Shown: positions 1-9,878 of the stretch, one piece after another
Position numbering within the stretch: position 1 is the first letter of the stretch
Layout: each line of letters begins with the position of its first letter
Assembly: GCA_964234715.1 (NCBI GenBank)
Contig: OZ174275.1
Length of the DNA stretch: 64,000 nucleotides
Reading direction: 5' to 3' (one strand)
Source of the DNA: Podarcis melisellensis
Lineage: Eukaryota
The notes under the pieces: generated by a model
Told to the model about the DNA's origin: nothing
Databases searched by the model: none
What the model saw: only the letters and a program-made list of their open reading frames with translations
Position numbers and translations under genes: made by a program

Positions 1-601
1 TCTTACTTCACTAATCTCTCTCACTTATTGGACCTGTTGGGCAACCGCATTTCTCCAAATGAGCTCTGTTAAGTGTTATTTCCAAACAGTCATATACCTG
101 GTGCTCTGTACTCTTGCAGGTGGCTAACATTCTTGTCAATTTTTACTTCTACACCAGGGAGAGGAAATTATTTTCAGCCAGGGAGCTGTCTTCCTTTCTA
201 TTCAACCTTCCAGGGGCCACATAGGAATTTTATTGTTTGTATAGCAGGCTAGTTTCACACCCTTCTTCATTTAGGCAAAAAGTATTAACAGAGTGAAACA
301 ACAGATATATTCAACCCGTGTCTTTGCTTCCCCGTTACACAATAGGTAGTACATTTAGTTGTGTTTAGAAATACCAGCTTAGGTTCTAACTAAGAATCCT
401 CTGGGAGGAGCATGCTGTGAGTGGAATTTTACTAATGAGATGTTCTTGCCTGTGTAAGGAGGTGGGAGGCTGCATTTTTTTCCCAGTCTTTGTCTCTGCC
501 TGCCCCCCGGCAGCCCCTTTGCCCATCAGATCTGGAGGGTTGAGAGACCCAGAAGGCTCTGCTTGGGTCAACCATTTAATTACATGCCTCTCTTTCCTCA
601 G

Positions 602-1818
602 GAGGTGTACCAACCTGACACACAGACACTGCAGCACAGAGAACAACTGCGCCTGATCTATCAGAAGCAGCAGGAGAAAGGAGGCATCATTGACCCTGAA
701 GCAGAAAGAAATCGCTACTTCATCAGCCTACAAAAGGTTAGTGCAGGGAGCAGGAGTACAAAGAGGATAACTGTCATAGGGAAAGAATGAAACAATGGAG
801 GTAGCAAACTTTACTTGCTGAGACATCCTGTCTTGTAGCAAAAGAGAGAGCTTTAATATTTGCATCCTAGGCAATTCTTTTAAAGTGCTGATGACACTTG
901 TTGCTGGCAAGTTTGCAAGTTACTATAGGGAAAGATTTAAGCAGCAAAGGCTGGGGAAGACAGATGGGGTGACATCAATATATTAATTCCTGTGGGATCT
1001 TTGCCACTCAGACTGAGAATCAAGCCTGCTGGGTTTATGCATTTTCTGCCCTTCATTTTGGTTTCTATCATTTTTAGCCCCCAGATACCACTGAACATGA
1101 ACAAGTAGCCATCTCAGAAAATGTTCTGGATACTGACAAGGAACTGAGGCCATCCGTAGGCTCAGAACATACCCAAGGAACTGCAGAGGCTGCTGTTCCA
1201 GTGAGGAATGAACCTGAAAAACCAGAGAGACCGCCTGTCCCTTTGCATTTCCATAGCAAGAGAGAGAGGACTCGAGAGGAGAAACCATCTATACAAGGCC
1301 CTGGCTGGCAGCTGCGCTACAAGTCACTGGAGACACCAGCAGAAACTCATTGTCTTCTCACTGTTGAGGGGAAATCCAGAACCTTCAGTAGAAGACCCAA
1401 CTGGAGAAAGGAGAGGGGACAGCGAAGCTGTGGGAGGTACAATCAAGACTTCTCAAAATCTTGCAGCAGAGACCAAGTGTCTTCACTGGTGGAGAAAAAA
1501 GAGCTGTGCACCAGAGGAATCTCACCAACCAAAGAGGGAATGTATTTGAGAGAGGAGAAAAATGTTGTGGGGAAATGGACGCAGGAGCAGAAAAGTCAAG
1601 CCCATGACAGTGAGGAAGTAAACTTGGAGGTTAGCCATAATGAGCTCAGGGGGTCGGCCAAGTGGCAGGGTCGCCGTGGGATGCAGGATTGTAGGCAGTG
1701 GGAAAAGACCAAGGGCAGAGAACATGGATCTTATATTAAAGTGCCAAGAGGCCGAGGACGCACCACATTGAACTCAAGGAGAGAGCTGCAGAGCCAAGAG
1801 ACTGAGGATGGCTCCTAG
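602..1818 (+). CDS. RNF25: E3 ubiquitin ligase RNF25 (AO7), 3' part only: last two coding exons 602-736 and 1078-1818
   Basis: Exon 602-736 (cag|...|gt) encodes EVYQPD...QKQQEKGGIIDPEAERNRYFISLQK, matching the RNF25 GGIIDxEAERNRYFISLQ motif. The last exon starts after tttttag at 1077, is in frame, and ends WQG..DC..WE..KGR...PRGRG...EDGS* like human RNF25. Synteny with BCS1L/ZNF142/PLCD4 agrees. Confidence 0.93.
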
Positions 1819-2028
1819 CAGGCAGGAGTTGAGGCTTGAGGGGCTTTTTCTAGGGGTGAACACTGGTGATTTTGTTGTGCTGTCAACCATTGGCCTGGAT
1901 TGTAAGGAAAAGCAGATCTGTCTTGAAATTCTCCTCTCAGCCATGGGCAGTTTATGTCTTGCAGAGTAGGGGTATATTGTCCTCAGAGATCAGAATTACT
2001 GTCTGTGGACTGTAGTAAATAACTGAAT

Positions 2029-2034
2029 AATAAA
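2029..2034 (+). terminator. Probable RNF25 polyadenylation signal (AATAAA)
   Basis: AATAAA about 210 nt after the RNF25 stop codon. Confidence 0.55.
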
Positions 2035-3890
2035 TGGTAGCCAAATGCTATTGCCCATGGGTAAACTGTAGGATCTTACACTGAATCAGCGCTGTGTAGA
2101 GGACTGTTTGAGGCTGAATCACTGAACTAAAAGCCAAGCTTGAAAAATAACTATTAAGTAACCCTGTTCTAAAATAGGTGCTAAAAATAGAAGGACCATA
2201 AGGGAGTACAGGTCTCCTTGTTTACTGTCCAGAACTATGGAGAGGACTTGCCATTAATAGTGTCACTATTTTTAGACATGCCTTATTGATGGTATTGGTA
2301 CATGTGAAAAGAGTGGACTTTAATCAACATTGAATTGGCGGCTGTTGACCACAGAGGGTGCTTTAAGCCCCCCAAATGTGGCCAGACTGAATGTTGGGGT
2401 CTCCCACTGCCTCATTGTAATTGGCTAATGTTCAGTAGTGATTGACCTTGAAGTGCAAACATCAAACATGCCTATTCTAAAGGGCCTTTAAATTATAAGA
2501 AGTCCAACTCCTCACTCACCCGGTAGTTGGATTTGGAGCTAGTATTGGCATCAAAGGTTTCAGCTCCAGGTACACCAAGGCTGTTGTCTTTGCCTATTTT
2601 CACAAATGTAATATCCTGCAATGGTTTACTAACTGCAATCCTGTCCAGAGTTCACGTGACTTATGTTTTAGATCTTATCATCTTTGATTCTAGCCAAATT
2701 TGGTTTTGTTGGGGTGAGAAATCTCTCGTGCTCAACTGTCTTTCTCCTCCTAACCTTATGGCTGTGTGTATGTTCATTCACCCACACACCATTCAAGAAC
2801 AGCTCTACTCTCCATTTGGGAGGGTAATACCAATGTACCTACCTATTTTTAGGCTACACAGTCCCTGTCATCTCCCTCAGCAAAATGCAGCCTTGTCTTT
2901 ATGGGTATTTCTGCTCAGAGGAGGAGTCTGTAGCAATATGGAGTACATGTGGCCACTATGCAAACATTTTGAGCAGACTTTCCTCCACTTGTATTTCTAT
3001 TTTTTCACATATTTATGGCCTTCCTCCCCCCACAACAAATTTTACCCTAGGGTGTGTGAAAGTTCCCAAGCTGCTTAGATTCCTTATATGACTGCAAAAT
3101 GTCCCCCACCCCTCCCCAAGTGAAGCTTTGCCAGACTTCATAATTTTCCTTTTCTGCTTAGCCACAGTAACATTGTAGATGTGTGACAACTTTACAGAGC
3201 ACAGTGGCCAAAATGACCTTACAATAGAAATGTGACTGATTTTAAACCAGTTCATGCTAGAGGCTAAAGGATGTCATTACTCATTTGCATGCATGCACAT
3301 ATACCAGTTTGAGCAGTTCTGCCTATTAAAAGGATTGATGTGAGATTGATTTACCTCCCTGCACTGTGGTGAGGTGTAATTTGTGGTGATGTGATGCAAA
3401 ACAGGAGTATTAAAAGCAATTTGAGTAAACCAATCTATGACTTTTTCATGGATAAAGAACATAGCTGCTGCTGTGCTGCATGTGATGAGACCATTCAACA
3501 ATATTACCTCCCTGCCTCTTTTTAGATGGTTTCTAACCTATGACCCAAGTAGTTTAAGACTTCTTAGCTAAAATGAAGTACTTTTTGATTATAAATGAAA
3601 AACAATCGGGTTCTAATTTGGACATCTTTCTGTTGGATTCACATTTTCTTTTTCTTTTCTTTTTTTGTAAACTATTCTTCTAAGGAGAAAGGCTGCTTCA
3701 TTTTGCACCACTTGAAACTTCTGAACAATAATGAATGGAGCCTACATAGAATACAAAACATGGGTAACACAATATCTAGATCCTGATTGGCTTTTCTGGA
3801 CAGGGTTATAATACAGACATAGGTCCAGGTCCAGGAATACCTAAAAGCTATACATCTTAGGAACTTGGGTCATAAAAACTGACCTAAAGG

Positions 3891-3969
3891 CACTTTGCTA
3901 ATTGGTGAGCAAAGTGCATATAGCTAATTGCTGACACTTTGCTAATTGGTGAGCAAAGTGCATATAGCT
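3891..3969. repeat. Direct duplication of a 35-bp unit, each copy containing a hairpin
   Basis: cactttgctaattggtgagcaaagtgcatatagct occurs at 3891-3925 and 3935-3969. Each copy has the inverted repeat cactttgct/agcaaagtg around an 8-nt loop. Confidence 0.9.
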
Positions 3970-4374
3970 CCTGTAGTGTGCATTAGGTAAAAAAAGAAAG
4001 AGAAGGTAAGAGCTGGATGACAGGCTACTTTATTAGAGTACACAAACTGTTCATTTGAGTTTGGATGGATTATTTCAGATTACCTGTTAAACTAAGCAGT
4101 CTTCCTGATTTGCTTGAACCAAACATATGCAGATATACAATGTCTGACTCTGTCCTATTGAGCAGCCATCTTGATCTGAAGGGAGGTTATACAATGATGA
4201 ACACTCATCCTGATGTGTGGAGGTTATATATATTTCCATCTATATATTTTTCTGTCTTTTATACTACACTTTTTCATGCAGTTCCCCAATTGCAAAGAGT
4301 CTGGTTTTTAAAAGTGGATTTTGTTACAGCAAAGCACTTATTCCACTTGAATTGTATAGACTTATTTTTCTGAT

Positions 4375-4718
4375 TGTGGGACGCGGGTGGCGCTGTGGGT
4401 TAAACCACAGAGCCTAGGACTTGCCAATCAGAAGGTCGGCGGTTCGAATCCCCGCGACAGGGTGAGCTCCCATTGCTCGGTCCCTGCTCCTGCCAACCTA
4501 GCAGTTGAAAGCACGTCAAAGTGCAAGTAGATAAATAGGTACTGCTCTGGTGGGAAGGTAAACGGTGTTTCCTTGCACCGCTCTGGTTTGCCAGAAGCAG
4601 CTTAGTCATGACCTGGAAGCTATACGCTGGCTCCCTCGGCCAATAAAGCGAGATGAGCACCGCAACCCCAGAGTCGGTCACGACTGGATCAAATGGTCAG
4701 GGGTCTCTTTACCTTTAC
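4375..4718 (+). mobile_element. Full-length Sauria SINE (Squam1-type)
   Basis: tRNA-like head gggacgcgggtggcgctgtgggttaaacc...ggttcgaatccc, conserved body, (ACCTTT)n tail, and a 12-bp TSD tatttttctgat at 4363-4374 and 4719-4730. Confidence 0.92.
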
Positions 4719-5722
4719 TATTTTTCTGATATGCAACTGAATCCCTTCGAAATATGTAATGGGACGGTGCCATGTGGGAGGTATGGTAGAAGAGAGATGA
4801 ACATGCTCAAAACTGGAACAGGAGCCAAACATCAGACAAGTAGGAAGGGATGAGACTGGGAAATAAAGGGACAAGAGGAGCAATGGAGTGAGGGTACCAT
4901 GTTGTAGGACTGAAGGTGAACAAAATACTGTTTGCCCCATTTGCTCTCTAGGACTCTTGAGATCCTTAAAAAATATTCATCACTATTAACAAGTGTTTGA
5001 TTATAGGGCATACACAGCGTACTCATGGAGGAAACAGCTGCTGCTTTTTCTTTCATTCTGACACCCTTGGTGAATGGCTGTGCCTCCTTGAGTAGGTCTC
5101 AAGGCATCTGGATCTGTGCTGTTGATCACATCCTCTGCTTGACACTTTCCCCTATTGTTTTGCTGCCTCCTGATTGTTCTGCCTTCCTTTTTACCAACTG
5201 CTCTCGATCCTTTAAGGACTTTAGCCCTCATTTCATAAACCCACCCCATTTTCTTCCATCTTGTCCACATCCAGCAATTTCTTTTATAAAATCTCTGAAG
5301 TGCAGGATCTGTTTCTTCCTGAACCTTCCTAGCCTTTCCCATGCTTTCGCCTATTTGTCTGCGATATATTAGAGTTACTGTCCCACCCTGGGTTAAAACT
5401 AATACCTCAAGTATCTTCTCTCTCCACCCCACCCCCCAATGTATGAAAGAACAATTCCCCCCTTCCATGTTTTGCTGTTGTAACATTGGCAAGAAGAGCA
5501 AGTGCTGTTTCACACCTGCGTGTTGCTATAAATAGAAGTGGAACCACCCGCCTCAAGGAGAACACTCAATGGCACTAACAGTACGTCCTAACCCAGCCTG
5601 CATGGAGAACCTCATTGTAACCATTAACTCAGATCAAACAGACTTGGGAATCGTTAGAGATCTGGCAGTGCTGTTATGACATACGTAGCTTACTGCGCGT
5701 GCACACATATATATGTGGTTAT

Positions 5723-5781
5723 TTGTTGTTGTTTAGTCGTGTCTGACTCTTCGTGACCCCATGGACCAGAGCACGCCAGGG
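5723..5781 (-). mobile_element. BovB (RTE) LINE 3' end fragment
   Basis: Minus strand reads ...cctggcgtgctctggtccatggggtcacgaagagtcagacacgactaaacaacaacaa, the typical BovB 3' terminus with a (CAA)n tail. Confidence 0.75.
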
Positions 5782-6775
5782 ACTCCTGTCTTCCACTGCC
5801 TAAACTCGACACAAGTATTTCCAAGGTGGGAAGAGTGAGTGTGTACATTGATGTTTGGATGATGGGCACCATTTTGAATGAAAATAGTGAACCAAGACAT
5901 TATTTTGGTGTTACTTTGCCCATTTTTGGCACAGGCTCAGTCATCTGTCGAGATCATAACGAAACATTGCACAAGGGTTCCCAAGATGGGGGCAGCAATC
6001 TTTGGCAATGTTTGGATGCTGGATGCCAAGCCTGTGCAGAGCTTGTCTTGAGACCCATGGCAGAAGTCCCCTGTTGACTGGGAGGAATGGGGTATTATTG
6101 GCATGACAGTCCAGCAAACCCCTGCCCCGTCCCCCAGCTGGCTTAGCCCTCTGAGGCCCGGGGCAGGTATGCCTGGCTCCCCCCACTCTACAAAGGCTTC
6201 CTGGTGACCATCTTGAATCATGATGGCAGACCAAAACATGACTTTGGCATGACTTCACCCAATTTTTGGTGTGACATGTCTAAACTCACAAATTACACTA
6301 TCTGTTTAAAAATGACAACAACAACAGGTTCCTAAAAATTCCCAGGCAGTGCCAGGCACCCCCTGCTAATAAAAGTGGGGGAACCATCTTAGTGATATTT
6401 TATATTAAATCCTGATGGGATTCTGATGCTGATGTACTGGGGATGCTGTGAAAATTATTCTGTGCATGAAATGAGGAACACTTACCGGTACCTGTGATTC
6501 CTGCATAGCAGGGGTGGAATAAATGAGCTTTGGAATCCCTTCCGAGTCTACAATTCTACGATCCCACAATAAACACCCATCTGGAAGCACCCCAAAAACC
6601 CAAGACGTACGAGAAAACAAATGATTATTTCCCTTTGGCTTTGACACATCAAGCAGGGTTTGAAATGCAATAATTCCTACTTGGAAATAATTTATACAGT
6701 GGTATAAAGAGGCATGACATGGGTCTGGAGATTCTTGCATTTCATTCAATATTGTGAAACAATGTTTTTGTTCAG

Positions 6776-6811
6776 GAATCACATGAGACGCAACCAGAAC
6801 TTAGTACTAAA
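6776..6811 (+). CDS. Candidate 36-nt phase 0-0 micro-exon of the olfactomedin-like gene (ESHETQPELSTK)
   Basis: tgtttttgttcag acceptor and aaa|gtgagt donor. The frame is open and phase-compatible with the 7604 exon. No homology support. Confidence 0.4.
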
Positions 6812-7110
6812 GTGAGTTACTTAAGCTGCATACAGTATATACCTTTAAAGCATATTCTGCTTCTGGGCACTGTCCTTTACTCCTTGCAGAGTTACGATTC
6901 CCAGCAACCCTTAAAAAACTGCAGTATCTAGAATTCTTTGACGGAAAGAATGTGCTTTGAATATAAAAGTGTAGTGGATATACTCCAGTGGGAAGGGAAG
7001 GGCAGGAGAGTAGAGTGTGAAGGGATCATGGTTTAGCACCAGCAAGCGTAAATTGAAAGGAGTGGATTGAGGCTGTAGGAGAGCAATCAGCTCATAGGCC
7101 AAACAAACTA

Positions 7111-7351
7111 CAGTGGTACCTCAGGTTAAGTATTTAATTCATTCCGGAGGTCCATACTTAACCTGAAACTGTTCTTAACCTGAAACACCACTTTAGCTAA
7201 CGGGGCCTCCCGCTGCTGCCGCGCCGCCGGAGCACGATTCTGTTCTCATCCTGAAGCAAAGTTCTTAACCTGAAGCACTATTTCTGGGTTAGCGGAGTCT
7301 GTAACCTGAAGTGTTTGCAACCTGAAGCGTATGTAACCCGAGGTACCATTG
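7111..7351. mobile_element. Tc1/mariner-pogo (Tigger-like) MITE
   Basis: TIRs cagtggtacctc...gaggtaccattg flanked by TA on both sides, with internal aacctgaa repeats. Confidence 0.85.
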
Positions 7352-9455
7352 TAGAAGCTTTATTCTTTCAAATGGTAACTACCTAGACTCAGTACAATCT
7401 GTTGGAAGAGACTTTGCCCAAAAAACACGATGTAGAAGGCTCAGTCTAGTGCTGAATGGGGAGCATTTGCTGGCTAAAGGATGTGGTGGGGAGGTTGCTG
7501 TTCTCAGGAAGCTATCCTGACCTTAGCTGACTATCAGGTTATGAGAAAGGGCTAAATCAAGCGATGAAGCATCCCATTTGCCTTTCTGCATCCATCATCC
7601 CAGGTTGCTGCAGATCAGATCATCTTCCACGATGGACCAATAGCAAGTGATGACGAAAACTATAAATGTATCTGCAGCATAGAGCTCCCCGACACTACTT
7701 TTCCTTCACATCTGATGATTATCCTGGAAAACGCTTATAAGAACCTGAGTACTATTTATGAAGAAGAAGTGAGCAAGGTAAGGGGGCACACTTCGGCACA
7801 TAGACAGCATGCCAAATATTTATTCCCTGCCTTGAATCACTAATGCTGTCTAGTTCTGACTGTTTCCAGCAGCTGAACAATATAACACAACACAATCAGT
7901 GACTACAGTATCATATGAGCACTGATCCAGAGCATATTTTCTACAGCGTTTATATTTGCTTACATGTAAGATTGGCTTGCTAAGAAATTGAACTGCCTCC
8001 TTCTCATATGAATTATTACAAGTCCGGCTGATGAAGAATTGATCAAGATTGGCTGATGAAGCATTGAATGAAACAGATTGGTTATCCGGAAACTCTGTTC
8101 TGGAGATATTTGATGACAGATTATGTATATATCAAACTTTTGAATTATTCTACCGCGACTGGTGAAGAAGATTTAGAGACTTTGGTTGTAATTTCTGATC
8201 ATTTGTATTAGTCTATAAATAGTGTTTAGTGCCATTGTTATTGGCCATCATCCTGTGTTATGTTGTTCAGCTTGTCTATATTGCAACACAGGGGTCTGTT
8301 TACGGATTACTGTTTCCAGCAGCTGGCAACACTACACAGGGGAATGGTACTGGCGGGGGGCGGGGGCGTGTGTGTGACAGAATGTGGCTCACAGATCTTT
8401 CAAGGCATGTTAACCCTTCCTCCAAAGCACTGTTATTGGATAGCCCTGGTAAAATAGTCCACCACCACCCACTATAAACTAAATTTGTCAGTCACAGAAG
8501 TGCTCCGAGTTCTCCCGTCTCCACAGCCCAATGTTTGTGAAAGTGCAAAGTTGAAGTCTACTCATTGTCTGGATACACCTTCAAAACTGAGTGATAAAAT
8601 AATGGTTGTTCCAGAGAAAAGGACAAGCATGGAAGCAACAATTGTAATGAAATGGTTGTTCATGATTTGTGGAAAGATGTTTTCAGTATCCTGCTAAGTG
8701 TGTGTCCTGCAAATTTCTCTAGGCTATGAAACTCCAGACAGACTTGGCATCATTTAATGGTACCTTGGAGAAATTAACCGCAACAGTGCGTCTGGTTGAG
8801 ATGGAAGGTATCAAGGATGAAGAAACTTATCAAGACCTCCTAGAAAAAATTAATCATACGAAGCGATGGGCTCGGGATCTGACTAATGCTCTAAGTGCAA
8901 CTGGTGTGGGCATTACATGTTTAACCGAACAGGTAGGTACAAAATGTTTGGGAGCACAGCAGTTTGAATTGTGCTTGCACATTGTACTGAATACACCAAA
9001 GGTGGTGCTCCTGTTTGAGAGGATTCAAACCTGCTTTAGAAAGGGCATTTGGGGGACTGTTTGGGGCTCTTCAAGGAAACTTTAAAAATATTTCTGTGCA
9101 ATGCTGAGTCCTCCATGGCTAGAGAGCTGCTTCAGGGAGCAGGAAAACATGGGATGAGAATTTTGCCTATTTTAATGCTTACCACTAGCATAAAGAGGTT
9201 ATTCCTTCCTTACCTCTCCTCGTTATTTTTTTTTAAAAAACAGACACTTTCAACATTCCATGGCTCATGGACCTACTGTAATTAAGAATGTTGTGAGCAA
9301 AGGCAAAAACCTCTGCTCCGAGGCATGTAAGATGGAGCCAAGCATCATTTTCATCAGGGAATTGGGGACTGGTAGTCCTACTAATTTTTCCCAGCCATTC
9401 AGAAGCCTTGGAGAAGATTCAGCTATTAAGAACAATCAGTCAATGTCTCTGGGTC

Positions 9456-9517
9456 ATAGAATTATAGAGTTGGAAGGGACCGCAAAAGTCATTTAGTCCA
9501 ACTTCCTGCAATGCAGG
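9456..9517 (-). mobile_element. CR1 LINE 3' end fragment
   Basis: catagaattatagagttggaagggacc...tagtccaac...gcaatgcagga is the reverse complement of a CR1 3' terminus with the (ATTCTATG)-like tail. Confidence 0.6.
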
Positions 9518-9835
9518 ATCTACTACCACAACACACAGGGAGACGCTGCAGTAGAAAATTGCTTGGGGCTGTTCAATTAAACATGTGCTAATATGTTTCA
9601 GGTCTCCAATGTCTCCAGTATTGTGTGGGAACTAGAAAAGTTTGACGAGAACAATGTGTTGTTGACACATAGGGAAATAGCCACTCTCAAGAAACAACTG
9701 GCCGATTGCGAAGACTCTGTTACAAATCCCAATTCTGGCGTCTCTCCCTCTGGAAACGGGACTCCAGAGTTTGGTGAGTCCTACCGTGTGATTGTGGGCT
9801 GGAACCTCTCCTTACATTGGTTTGTCTATAAGCTA

Positions 9836-9878
9836 CATTATCATCACCATCATTATCATCACCATTATCACCGTCACC
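9836..9878. repeat. Imperfect (CAT/CAC)n microsatellite
   Basis: cattatcatcaccatcattatcatcaccattatcaccgtcacc. Confidence 0.85.

Noticed and set aside
2527-3078. 183-aa ORF, and similar ORFs at 5001-5513, 20561-21076 and 42875-43390
   Set aside because: No recognisable domain, mostly non-ATG starts, intergenic or intronic composition.
3891-3969. CRISPR-like palindromic direct repeat
   Set aside because: Only two units with a 9-bp spacer, in vertebrate DNA with no cas genes.
4378-4455. tRNA-like A/B box sequence (also 17451-17515)
   Set aside because: These are SINE heads followed by SINE bodies and tails, not tRNA genes.
7637-7666. Apparent CCAAT + TGACG + TATAAA promoter
   Set aside because: It lies inside the coding exon 7604-7777 (GPIASDDENYKCIC) of the olfactomedin gene.
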